Assembly (NCBI GenBank): GCA_012295275.1
Contig: CM022669.1
Span: 7,254,001-7,318,000 of the forward strand
Direction of reading: 5' to 3'
Length of the DNA stretch: 64,000 bases
Origin: Chrysomallon squamiferum
Lineage: Eukaryota > Animalia > Mollusca
The notes beneath the pieces were generated by a model, which did not search any database, had not been told where the DNA came from, and saw only the letters and a list, made by a program, of their open reading frames with translations. The position numbers were made by a program, and so were the translations under genes. Position 1 is the stretch's first letter. The number at the start of each line of letters is the position of its first letter. Below, one piece after another: positions 13,244-27,974 of this stretch.

Positions 13244-16161
13244 TTTATTTATTTAGTTGTTGCCTCAAAAAAATCAGTCTGTGTTTATACACCCACGATT
13301 ACTTGCAATAATAAGCCAAGAGTTTCTCTATGCAGCATGCCTAGCCATGTAGGATTTAATGGGTTTTTCTTTATGGCTTGCTGTCCAAGAACAGAATGGC
13401 TTCAATGGAACAGGCTCATCATTGTGCTGGTTATCTCTCTGCTACGAGTAGCCCACTGATTAAGCTGTTTGCACTTCATTAGACACCTTCTAGTATTAAA
13501 GGTCTGGATTGTTGCCATGGATATATGGTCCACTTTTATGCAAGATGACTATTTATTTTCTGCATGTTTGTTTGAAAGCAGGTGTACATGTATATCTGGT
13601 GGCCTTGGATAAACAGATTATTTTTTTTTTATACAGCATATTTCTAACATTTCATTTAAATCTAGAAATAAATTTGTACTTTATATCACAATTGTCAGCT
13701 GATGTAGCTGTTTATCCAGTTTGAATGTATTATTACTGTGTATTTTCAGCACGTTTTTTTAGATACAGTGTACATAAAATTCTGTATGGAAAACTTTTGG
13801 TATTAAGCATCTTCAGGATTTGTATATAAAAGTGTATTTTTAAGCAAAAAAAATTGCACATTCATTGAGATAAAGGTTCTATATGTGTTTCACATGTCCA
13901 GGTTTCAACATGTGTTTCACCCAACCTTTTGATATTAGCAAGCATGCATTTCTTTTTTTATGCTTGACACTGTTTATTTTATCATGCTCATGTACGGGTG
14001 TGTTTTGTCAATATTTAGGTTATTACCAAATTGATATTACTGAATTCTTTAGATTGTTATTACTGAAGAATTGCAATATGTGTAAAATGGTGTTTTGTAC
14101 ATCAGCTAGTGTTATACTGACATAACCTTTAACTTGGTGCATAATTATCATGAATTTTGAAAACAGATTTTCAGTAATAAATTATTTTGAAGATGAATGG
14201 TTTCATTAATTTCATTACATTACAAATGAAGGTATGTCTTGAGAAAAAAAAAGAGGCAAAAATGCTTTTTTAAATGTAATGTTTGCAGTAGCAGTGTTTA
14301 AATATAAAATCTTAAATTATCTGTAGCATATGAAATAAACATATAATGATCAATGCATAAGCCTTGTATCTGGTTTTGGATATATACACATACATACATC
14401 TGAATATAAAACTAAATTATCTATAGCATATAAAATAAATGTATAAACAAAAATATCAAAGTTGATGCCATGCATCTGGGTTTTGGGTACATAGAGATAA
14501 ATAAATGCTTGGATCATCATGTAATATTAGGATAATAACTGTTGAAATTGGGGAAAACAAAATACAGTGTATCCCACAGCTAACATTCTTCAAAAAGGTA
14601 TGAATATTTATAAGCAAGGTAATAACTTCAGTAGCTGACCAACATGTCTAAATACACGAGCTGGTAATTAGATGCTATCCTAGTACCTCCTGTTCTGCTG
14701 ACCACTGGCTTGACCAGTGACTTGGCCTGTGAAGCTGGAAGTAATAAGAGAGTGTTTACAAGTCTTAAATCACCTAAGAAAGATGGAGGTGGTTGTGTTA
14801 TTATCTGAATTGTCTCTCATATATTCTGATGAGTTTACTAATAAATAAATTACTACGAGATGGATGAAAATAATATATAATAAATAATAATGAACAAAAG
14901 TTTAGTGGCTGCAGAAAAATGTTTTAACAGAAGAGTATATTTATTATTATTTTCTTTTTTTAGATTGTATTATTATTATTACTGTTGTTATTATTATTAT
15001 TAAAATACTGCATATTTGATCTATATGCTTGTTGGTGGGTTTTTTAAATTATTTTTTTATATTTCTTTCATCAGATGTTTTATGCTGCTTGAATGAATTT
15101 ATTTTTTTAATTATTTTTTTTTACATTGTTTTTAAGTTTTTTATTTTTTTATTTTCAGATGGCATTCCTCAAGTTTATTATTTCGGCCCATGTGGGAAGT
15201 ACAATGCACTGGTACTTGAGCTGCTAGGCCCCAGTCTGGAAGATTTATTTGACCTCTGTGATCGCAAGTTTTCGCTCAAGACAGTACTCATGGTGGCAAT
15301 TCAGTTGGTGTGTATTGCTAGCATATTAAAATATTTATCAGACATTATGCTGATTTTTCTTTACTGCTTACTGTTAATATCAAAATGTGCTACTAGTTTT
15401 TATAGTGTATTGATACATAAATACTGTTTTTTATGGCACTGTTAATATCAAAATTTGCTACTACTTTTTATAGTGTATTGATACATAAATACTGTTTTTT
15501 ATGGCATAGCAGTATCATACTGAAATGTATTATTAAGTACATATGATGTTGCATTTTATTGTATATTGATAATGTATTTAAACAACATTCTTTATAACAA
15601 ACCATATTGGTTTTTATTATTTACCCATATAAATGTTTATCAAGATATCAAATTTCTCATAAATATTACTGGTTTTTTTGATTATATACTTTCAACATTG
15701 TATTAATCACATATATCAATTAAAGTGCTTAATGCATAAATTACACACACACACACAAATACACACATAATCACTGTTTTATTAGTGATTTTAGATATTA
15801 TTTGATGTTTTTATAATATCAGTTTTAAAGCTCCTTTGAAAAATCACCCAGATTTAGGAAATTAATTTCTGATACAGATATAAACATTGTTAATAAGTCT
15901 AAAAGTTTATTTTAAAAATTGACTTAATTAATGTGGATTTAGACAGTTTTATATATACTTTTAGTTAAATGTTAATTTAAAAAAAAAAATTATTGTTGTT
16001 TTATTATGATTGCTGTTATATTATTATGATAATTTTATGTGGTCATTTCATTATTAATATTAATTTAGCATTGAAAATTTTGTTTTCTAAGCTTTTGATT
16101 ATAAAAATTGTTAATATGGCATGTATTTTGTCAGTAAGGCAGTTACAAATGCCACACCCAG

Positions 16162-16210
<49 letters not shown>

Positions 16211-17977
16211 CTCTTCCTCTTTTCATAGGTAATGTGAGACATCAGATAGCATTTTCATTTGACTTCACAAGATCATACATATTTAATAATACTAACAAAA
16301 ATTATTTATAATGGGGAATAATAGCAAGAGCTGTTTGGTACTAATTATGGCATGCAGACAGTGAGTCCATTTACAAAACAATATTTGTGGTGACCTCTGG
16401 TAATTATGATGAAACGTGACTACAGGAAAAAGAAAAATTGGTACTAAATAAACCACTGTTTTAGACAATAATAATTCTGCCTTCATTACTGAAAGAGATT
16501 TCAGTGATTTATTCTGTTTGTGTATACAAACAATAAACAGCATTGTTACTAATAATGAATAAGTAATACAAATTATGTGAAAGAAAAATGACATTGCAGT
16601 AATAAGTACAGAAATAAATTAATAAGGACTCTGTAGATTAATATTTGATTTATTGATTGGTTGATTTTTTGTTTTATTTTTCATTATTATTTTTTATTTA
16701 TTTTATTATTATTATTGTTATTATTTTAGTTTTTTTGAAATAGAGCTACATAAATTGTTACTTGCTTATACAGAAATGTTTTAAACAAAATTATTGACAA
16801 AAAAAAATATATTTTTATTATTATTATTATTATTATTATTTAATCAAAATTAAATAAAAAGTATATTAGTTTATTTTCCTAATTAATATTTTTGTTTATA
16901 TATATATATATATATATTTTTTTTTTTTTTCTGGAAGTAATAGTTGATTTTTGAATATCAGAGAGGCATCTAATGGTCTGGGGTGTTAATTTTAATATGA
17001 AAACTATGAACCGTGTAGGAAATTTTAAAAGGATATGTTATTTTAGTATATCCTTGATATCCAAATTATATGTATAATGTTTGCCATATATCTAGTATTG
17101 AATATTTAAGCAAAGTTTTGAAAGCAAGAGAGCTTGATTGATAGTTCCAGTCTTTTTTACTATAAGATAATATTTACTGAATTATTATTTTATTTACTGT
17201 ATTTTGTAAATGCATTTTATCAAAATATATTATTCTCTATTTCAGTTGACACGTATGGAGTATGTTCATTCTAAACACCTCATATACAGAGATGTGAAAC
17301 CCGAGAACTTTCTTGTGGGTAGACAATCAACTAAGAAACAGCATATCATTCATGTTATTGACTTTGGACTGGCCAAAGAATATATAGATCCTGAAACACA
17401 TAAACATATACCATACAGGGAACACAAAAGTTTGACTGGAACAGCAAGATATATGAGTATAAATACACATTTAGGAAAAGGTACATGTTCTGGTGTATTT
17501 TCTGGACACGTATATGGGAATAAGTTCTCAAAATGTAACAAAATATTCTCATATTGAAACATGTTTGTTCGTGGATTACTTTAAGAATTTTTATTTTTAG
17601 TCTTATTTGTTACTTATTTATTATTATTTTGTCAAAATGCATCATTATTTAATACTGGAAGAACTTTCATTTTGTTCTTAATGAAGCTATGTGTGGTTGC
17701 GTAAAATATGAGTTTTATATTTGTAAATAGGTGAATGTATACATAATTATATATATAATAAAGGGAAATATGACATTATATTTTGAAATGGAGTAAGTGA
17801 AAAGATGTTTCATACATGGTTCTTAGTCTTGCATAATATTCTGCAGAAAAGGGCAATACCTCTTTTACTACTGTTTTTTTTATCAGTGGTTAAGAGCATT
17901 ATATATTATGTTAGGCCTGGTTTCATTAAAAATTTGTCTATTTTAAATTAGAATTTTTTATATTTTATTTATTTAAC

Positions 17978-18008
<31 letters not shown>

Positions 18009-21000
18009 GCACCTTTTGGACATTTTAGATTAAGAGGAGTTTGTTGGAAGAAGATATCTTTGTTAATAATACTGTTTTTATACCAGTTTTCAGTGTATAA
18101 CTTACTCCCTGCTAAAAACATAAATATTATCGAGTATTTATTTAGTATTTGATACAAGTTAATTTGTTACAGAAAATATTAAAATACATAACACCAGCAG
18201 AGAGGTGTGTTTGTGAGTGTATATAAGCAAGTTCATAAAATTGTTTTGATTATATAAATAAAATTTAGTTAATTCTGTGCCTAAGAAAGAAAAAGTCGGT
18301 TCACAGCAGTTTTTGTTTTTGTTTTGTTTTTTGTTTTTTTCACTTAATTCAATTTTCAATCCACATTCTACATATTTGTATTGAATATTTTAGAAATTAT
18401 GTGTGTCTGTGTATTTTTAAATTTTATGTATAATTTTAATTATCTCAAGATATATATTTTACAATAGCAATTTTATTTGTTATTATTTTATCTTTTATCT
18501 TTGCCACTGGTTATTATTTATTTTATTTTGTTATGTACTAATGAGAGTTTGAAGTTGAAAGGTAATATTTAATAGACAGATTTTCCAAACCATGAATATT
18601 TGCTGTATTAAAAGATAAGTTTTTGATTAACATTGATAGGCATACAAATTCAGTTAAGAAATTTAAAGGCCAAAAATAATTCTATGTTGGTGTACATGTT
18701 ATTATGCAATAATTTGTTTTGCAAAGGTATGTCCTATTCAGAAGTCAATTAACTGCTTCCATTTACAGTTATGTCCCTTGGCCAGATCATCACTAGTGAT
18801 AGTTTCACAGAGAATGTTTTAAATTTTCAGCAGTAATAACTGTCAGTTTTTATTTTGTTATAATACTGTAGTCATGCTTTAAATTTTCTTGATATTTTTT
18901 TTAACAATACATCTTGAACAGTGGTTCCCAAAATATTTTGAACATAATCTTTCTTATGAATTTTTATTTACTTTACCATTCATTAATTTTTGTATGCTGG
19001 GATAGCACACGTTTTTTTCAGTTTTTTAATTTCTTGTTAATTTTCACTTGCAGAACAGAGTCGGAGAGATGATTTAGAAGCTTTAGGTCACATGTTTATG
19101 TATTTTCTTCGGGGGAGTTTACCGTGGCAGGGTCTGAAAGCAGATACACTAAAAGAAAGATATCAAAAAATAGGTGATACAAAACGAGCTACCCCTATTG
19201 AGGTTCTCTGTGAGAACTTCCCAGGTATGTTTCTGTTATTTTTAATCACATTACCAGTTGTCTGTTTTCAAATAATTTCAGATTTCCAGATTGCTAATTA
19301 AATAATATTTTATCATTAAGCTTTACTATCTTATTCCATAGCTTTTGAAATTAGATTTCTGCCTCATTTTAACATATGTTGTTAGTAAGGTATTGTATCC
19401 TAAGTCTTGTCCGTAATTTGAGAATAAATAATCTGAATAAATATTTACTTAGTGCCTTTTTTTAACTCATAATTATTTTTTCTTAATTCATCAAGAATAA
19501 TCGTGCCAATGTTAATTGCAAATATTACAGATGAGCTAGCGACATACCTGCGCTATGTGAGACGGCTAGACTTCTTCGAAACTCCTGACTATGATTATTT
19601 GAGGAAGCTTTTCACTGATCTCATGGAGAAAATGAGTTACGAATGTGATTGGCAGTTTGACTGGGTTGGCAGACAGGTGGTGAGAAAATCATTTTTTTTT
19701 TTTTAATCTTTATTTTTTTTTTTACCTTATTTCATTTCTGTCTGGTGTTGATTCTGTTCCTTCTTCAATTTTGTTCTGAAATCTTCCTCCTGATGGATTG
19801 CAGATTTACTCCTGCTGTCAGTTTAATTCCTGTGCCAACCTCAGTCTAAAACTGTTTGTCAAATACTGGTATAGGTTTTCCTTTCTGTCATAAACATAGC
19901 AGCTGCCATTTTTTTTTTCCCATTCATATCATTGTATCATAACTGTAAAGAATCGAATGTATTTTCATAATTTTCTCTTTATTTTGTTTTTGTACATAAT
20001 GTTTTTAATAATCTTTGACATTATTATGTTAAATATATACATGAGCCTTGATTTTGATCATTAATCAAGACACTTTTTTTTTTTTTTTTAAATTATTCAG
20101 ATACATAGTTGGAGACATATTATGCATAAAAAACTATATATTTAATATATTTTATTAACATTATAAAAAAGTTACAGATTGAATAAATGTGCAGTATCAT
20201 CAAATTATTCAAATGAGCATCATATGCATAATGCATGAATATAAATTTAAAATTTTTTTTAATAATTAAAAAGAAATGATTTTTTTTTCAGTCATAATCT
20301 TCATTGTGTTTTTTTTCTTTCAAGATTTATTTTTCATTATTCATTTTCTTATTTTTTAATTTTCCATTATTCTTTCAGTCAACTCCAGTTTCGATGAGTG
20401 CACCTGAAACGGGCCCCTCCCCACAGAGAGACAATAACCGAGAGCGACACAACACAACACAGTACAATAGGGTAAGATTTATTTTTCAAATTTCTGCCAA
20501 GAGATTGCTTGTGTTGCAGTCACTCTGTTTGAGTGGTATTGGATGAACATTTTTACTAGTATTTTGATAATATGAAAATAATGAAGCATTAGTGATTTAT
20601 AACATTTAGCAGCTGAAATGTTTGTTTTTGGTATTTCCAGTAATTTTATGTTCATCACTGTCTTTTCTTTTCTTTATTTTTTTTTGTAATCACTGGTGAC
20701 TAAACTTATTTTTTCATTAAGAGTTAAATGTTTTTTTCATTTTTAGCAGGTAAATAAGTTAAACAGCTGAAATTAATAATACCATGGGTCATCATTAGAT
20801 TTAAAAATGTTTATCACTAATGTTTCACTGATTTCAGTGTTTGTTATCAGCAAGTTTGATGATTACTTAAAGTATTATTAACAAGTTGATTTTTAACAGT
20901 TGTTCAGCTTTGTTAATTATGCTGCTTTTGTTTAATCAGGTTAATTCACTGAACAAATGTTCTTCACAGTGAATTTGTAAACTTGTTATTTTTATTCTCA

Positions 21001-22968
21001 GTTTAAAAAACTATTAGCACAACACTGAAGTTGGTTGATATTTGAAGATCTGTTCTGTCAATGTGTGTTTCATTTTTGATAACTTTCAGTAATTAGCCTA
21101 GGATTATTTTTGTTTTGATATTTTGTTAAAATTATATTTACACTTTGTTTTATTAAATTGATGCCTTTTTCTTTAATTTTATGGTTTAGATTTTAAATAA
21201 TAATTTTATTTGTTATTTTTATTTTTGTATTTTTTTCACCCCTATACAAGTTTTAAATGGAAATATTTTCTTTTGCCTCAGTGTTAAAGCTATAGACATT
21301 TAAATAAATTATTAAATTTAATACTGCATGGTCATCTTCAGCAACATTTAAAAAACAAACAATGTGTAAGTTATTTTAATATTTTACATACCTTTCTGCT
21401 TTTTAATTTTTTTTAATTTTAATTTTTTTTTTGTAATATTGTGATATCTTAATAAGTTAAAGAATTATTTTTATTTTTTTTATTTTTATATATTTATTTA
21501 TTTTTAGTAATAGTGTTTTTTTAATATATCTTTTTTATTTGTTTTATAACTGCTGCACCATCATAACTATGAATACTTAACTAGTAAATTCCAAAATTGT
21601 AATAACGGTTATTTTTAAAATTGTTTTTACTTTACATTTTACTAACACAATAATTTTTCAGCTCGTTATAATAGATTGTTATAAAAACATTTTTAAAAAT
21701 TGTTTTCTTTGGACTAGGAAATATTTGTTATTCCTTACAGCATTTATTATCTGCCTTGAAAATATTTTTTATATTATTATTTAATTTTTATTGTTTTTTA
21801 TTTTATATATTTTTTGTTTTTTGTTTGCTATATTTATAATACTTGATAAAGTTGTAATATTTATGTGGAATTACTTTTTTTTTTTTTTTTTTTTGTTGCA
21901 ATTTTTAACACAGAGTTTATGTGACATATAGAATTATTGAATTTAAAAAGAATTATATGGATTTTGTATTCTTAATTTGATAAGTTGTCATAGGAATCTT
22001 GTTTAAAAACACAAAAATAGTTATTGGAAAATTAATGAAAAGCAAAGGCTAAGAGTGCAAAAGTTAGTGAATTTCGGTCTGCTGTTACAGTTTATAATCA
22101 CTTGCTTTCAAATTGTGAAATTTCCAGATTATATTTTCTTTTACATTTCTAAATTCATGTAAATAAAACAGCATATTTATTACCTGGTTGATGTAAAATT
22201 AAACCTTTTCATCATTATTTCATCTTTAAATGTGAAAATTAATGCTGTTTATAAAATGAATTGATTTGAAGAACTGAAATATCACAACTCTGATATAATC
22301 ATTATATTATTGTAAGTTTTGGTTAAAAAAAAAAAAAAAAATTCTCTTTTAACGTATAGAGTTGAATTCAAACTGATATTATTATGGTTGCACAGTCTAT
22401 TCATTTCTTGATAGGTTTTGTTTTCAGTAACTCAAACCATTGTTTTCTTTAAAAACCATAATGTCCATTGTTTTTCTTCATTTCTCTATAACTCTAACAA
22501 GACCTATATTTGTTATGCTTTCAGGAAATGATGGCCACCCTATATTCACTGTGTACACCACTTTGTTTAATTTGTTTCTGTTATTAATTTTTTCAGCTCC
22601 ATTTATCTTGCAGTTATTCACAGCTTGTTAATGCAAAAAATGTTTATTCCATATTAGCTTTCTGGGCCGCTGTTATGTACTGAAAGACCACAATGCTTCT
22701 AATCTTTTTGGATTATTTACAAAATATCTGATTACTTTGCACAATAAAGAAAAAAAAAAAGATGTGGTTTGAAAACAACAATAAATAAAAGTAATAATAA
22801 TAATTACAGTTATAATAATCTGATATCAATGTAATGATTTTGTAGTTTGTAAAACCATTTTATTTCATTATGTTTGGTTAATTTACATGTAAATCACTAA
22901 ATGTCTTTTTACAAACAGAGTTCACAAACAGCACAGAAAATATTCATTATTTTTTTTTGTTGTTGTTG

Positions 22969-23009
<41 letters not shown>

Positions 23010-26000
23010 ATTATTTTATTATTTCAAATACTACTTCTTTTACTTGAAATCTTTTCTGATAGCCTTTTTGTTTCTTTGGTTTTTTTAAACATAAAATTTC
23101 CGATCTTTGCTTGGAGTTGAATCACATCAAATGAATATTAGAATGACTTAATAATTTAAACTATTATTTTAAAACCTATCAAATTAAGGCTTGGTTTTAA
23201 CAAATTTTAACTGACTGCATTGTGTTCTGACTGCATTGTTGGCATGACATGGTCTTGAAGCAATTAGTTGAATGAATTAGAATTAAGGAATGAAGAATGA
23301 GGCTTTCTTTTTTTTTTTTTTCTCCTTCTTCTTCTTTTCTGTATATGAATTTCATGGTATGTTTCCTTGCATGAAATTTGCAGCTAATTTATAACTTACT
23401 AAGAATGAAGCTTTTTGTTGCTGTTTCAGGTTCCTACCTCTTTGATTAAACCATAATAAAACAAGTAATATAAATAAAAATAATAACCTTAAAGCTGATA
23501 AAGATAACTGTATTAATTCAAGTGAATATTTGGGTGCGCAATATTTGAAATTTAGATATTATTACTTTCCACAAGCCAGAAATTTAATTAATTTATCCAA
23601 AACCTGTGTAACAAAAAAGCATTGAAAATACGTCTTACACAAAAAAATATTGTCTTACTAGAGAGACTAGCATTCATTTTCCAAATTTCAAAAGTCTTTC
23701 TGTCATTGAAAGCAGTTTTATACATGCACAGATATAGTTATATATATGTTTAAAGGGATGTTTATGCAGTTGTGATTCAGACTTGAAATAACTGGCTACT
23801 TGTAACATGCAGGAGAACTAAGGAATCATAAATTTGATATTAAATTTCCTGATAATCATAATGAAGAAGTATAATGTCATTGAAGTACAATGTCATATTG
23901 ATGACGTTCATGCTTTATACTGAAATGTTGTATTGATGATGTACTTAATTTGATATTTAAGTATAGTACCAAATTGATGAGCTATATGTTTTGTATTTGA
24001 AGCAGTATAGTGCCACTGATGGTGTACATTTCATACTGAATTATAGTGTCATGTTGGTAATGTACATTTTTCATTTTGAAGAGGTATAGTACTGTTGAAA
24101 TAAGTAAAGTGTTATTGATGGAGTTCATTTTCATACTGAAGAAGTGTAGTGCTTTTGATGCAGTATGTTTCGTATTGAAGTATAGCACCATCAGTGATGT
24201 ACATGTATGATATGACATTGATAATATATATTTCATATTTAAGAATAGTTTGAAGCAGTATAGTACCATTGAAGATCTTCAAAAGTGTAATGTAATTTAT
24301 AATGTACATTTTCGTTTCGAAGAAGTATTATGTTGTTGGTGTATATGTTTCACATCGAGTATAGTATCATATTAATGATATATTGATTGAAAATGTCATA
24401 TTGATGATCTAAATTTTTCAGGTTGAAAAAATCTAGTAATGTTGAAGTAGTACAACATCACTGATAATGTACGTTTTCTTTTTGATAAAGTATAATGCTG
24501 TTAATGGTGGACATGTTTCATATTGATGTGCATGTGTATTTCAAAATATTTACTGAAGATGTACAGTGTCATTGATCATATGTATTTGATGTTGAAATAT
24601 GGTGTTGAATGAATGATATACATCATACACGTTTATATAGAAAAAGTGTAGTGATGTTGAAATACATTTCACATTAATATGGATAATTTGTACTGATGAA
24701 GGGTTTTGTTGACAAAGTATCACTGATTAATATACATACTTCTTCCTGAAAAGACATAATACTGATGAAGTATACTGAAGTATCAAAGGAGGATATAGAT
24801 GTGTCATTGAAGACATACATACACACTACACATCTAGACTGAAGTATGTGTAAAACATAGGTGTTATAGTAGGTTTAGTAAACACAGAAATAGCAAAATG
24901 AGTAAGAATGAAGATTTAGAAAATTTACTGATAGAACATATACTTCAGTCATTAGTTGTACTCTATCACATTGAAGAAATAAAATGATAGTGTCAAACTA
25001 AACAAGTAAACAAGCCAAATTGTGTTAGACTGAAAGTTGTGCAGTCGCATTGAAGAAAATCAGTCAGCCATGTCATGTTGTGAAGGATGGAGTCTGTTGC
25101 ATACTGAAATACAAAAGAATATTGAAGAATAGCATACTGTGATGTTGAAAAGAATATTGAAGAAATGTGTTCTGCGTTGAAGAACTGTACACCTGTAATA
25201 CACCTGTAATACCATAAATAACCAGTTTTATCCTGTTGTGTCCTTTTCTGCATTTGCCACATTATAACCATGAATTGCAACCACAAATTGTTGATTCACT
25301 TGCTGTTGTGTACATGTTTTGTGTAAATATTAATGTCACCGATTTGAAGCTTTAAAAACAAACAAAAAACAAAAAAAAAATGCAAACGAGTCATTTATAT
25401 GCATGAAAAGTAACTGCTGTGTGCCAGATAATTTTCTTTGTGCAGTAAAGATAGAAAAAGGAAGATACATGTATTATTAATTTTTAAAAATTATTATTCT
25501 CCAGTGCATCACAGTGTTGATGAAATGAAACGCACAGCTTGGAGCTTGTGTTAAGAACAGATATAATGATGTAAACTGATCATTTGTTGTTTTTTTTTAG
25601 TTTAATTTATCTCTTTTTTATTTTTAAAATATTTAGGTTTCTTTTCTAATTTCTGGTACAGCACATATCGGTGTGGGTAACCTCTCTGTGTTCATCTTTT
25701 CCATTTGTGCTTTGTTTCTAACTGACTAATTTGCCTTTCAGCAGAGTTCAAATCAAAGGGGGAATGCATGGGGTGAACAGACACGGCACTCCAATAATTT
25801 ACTTGGTGCCAACCTGGCCGCAGATAAACATGGGGGTTCCGTGCAGGTAGGAGTTTGAACACAGACTTTGCTCTGTAGTTTATTTTTTACAAATTTTTTT
25901 TATTATTATTATTATTATTATTTTATTTTTTATTTTTTTGGGAGCAGGGTTTTTGAACACTTTATTAGCAGTTAGTCTCCATATTGTGTAGTTTGTGTTG

Positions 26001-27927
26001 CTTCTCTCAGTGTGTTCTGTCTTCAGAAAGCTGAAAGTAGGTTCAAGGACGCCACCTGCCATCGCATTCTTCTTTCTTATTATGCATGCCAGTGTCTACT
26101 TTTGTTTTATATTTTGTGGTTTGTTGGCTTTGTGAGGAAGCTTCTTACAGCTTGTAATCAGTGCACTTCCCTTTTCACCCACCTCCATACCTCCTTTTGC
26201 TTTTCCTAAATCCTTAAAGAAAATGAAAATATATTTGAGAACTACAATTATCTGTTTTTATCCATTATTTAACACGCAATTGATAACCAGCTATGCTAGA
26301 ATGGATCCTGGAAGTGTCTCCAAGAACATCCTCCTGCTTACATATACATCAGAGTATAGAAGTGTTTTTATTTGGTTTTATATTTGTGAGATTTATTTCA
26401 TTTATTAATTTTGTTTTTGTTTTTATCACTACTGTGCTTTTGAATTTTGAGTGCCGAATTAAATGTAAATAAACATGTTTAAATGCAGCAGTGTTTTAAA
26501 GTAATTTTTATGTCAACTTGGATATTATTGTACAAAAGTTGTTCAATTGTACAGACTTTATTGTATTACTGTGAATATTATTTACAAAAAAAAATATATT
26601 TATAGTTTATGTGGGATTTATTGTTTAACTATGACAGTATTTACATAAGCCATTTCATGATTGCAGACCATATTTTCTCAGTATTTTATGAATATAACCT
26701 TTGCTGAACATAACATAATTTTACAGACATTATTATTATTATTATCCAAACAGAATTTCATTAAAAGTATGCATTATGGTTATTTTATAATGTGTCTTGT
26801 CATATTTATGGGAAATTATTAAATATCAGTACACGTAATTGCTATAAATAAATAATTAAAGGAAAATTAAAATTAAAAAATCAAAATATTTGTGGTTTTT
26901 GGAACCTGTAATTTTGTATCTGAATTAGTGCTTTACTTATTTCTGTCAGATAATGAAATGATTTTTTAAATTTTATTTATTTTGCTTTTTCTTTATTTTA
27001 ATTTATTAATATTTAATTGTAATGTAGATTTAGTTGTATTTTTTCTGAGCAACCTGTTCGTTTTTCATGTAGTGTTAGTTAGGCTTCTGTGATTATTTAG
27101 TTTTATTTCTTTCACAGGTGTTTCTTTTTTCAGTATGCTTATGTTAATATTCATGGATACTAGATGGATGAATAAGAATCTAAAATAATTTTACCAGTTG
27201 AAGACTATTTTCACCAAATTATTTTTTACTTGTCTTTTATCACTAATATCTCTAATAAATTTGAAATTTCTTCTGTGTATAATTTTTTCTTGGTTTAAAA
27301 TATTTTATTTTGTTTCATTTTATTCTATTCTACTTTTTTAGGTACTAAGTCATTTTACACATATAACTTTACATACTGAACAGTATTTTTGATGAATAGT
27401 TTACTTCTTTTTTATTTAATTTTTTATTAATATAATTATTATTATTATTTTTTTAATCTTTGTATTTTCTTGTAGACAAAATATACTGCATGTTGTTGTA
27501 TACAAACAAATTGTTATTACTAATTTTCAAGCTTTGCCTTTGGCTCTGGATGTTGTGGTTGCATCCTACTAACGTATGGAATGAAATACACAAATACAAA
27601 ATAAATGTTTTCAGTGGATGAAGCTAAAATGTCTGGCTGGGGTTTCCTAATGTTAATTAGAAGCATTGTGGTCACCTTTTTTAAAAATTGTTTTCAGGTG
27701 CATGTGAACTAACAAAGGTGTCACTAAATATTGTTTTATTTCAGTTACTTATTACTTATTGTTGTAGTTAGCACGTGGTCATTATATCTGAATATTCTAA
27801 AGTACAGAACGTTGCATTTACTGTTTTGTATTCAGCATCTGAAAAGTTCTGAGATGGGCAGCTCTAAACTCCTAGAGTAAATGTGCATGATAATATAATA
27901 ATGAAATTCTCTCTCTCTCACCTTCTT

Positions 27928-27974
<47 letters not shown>

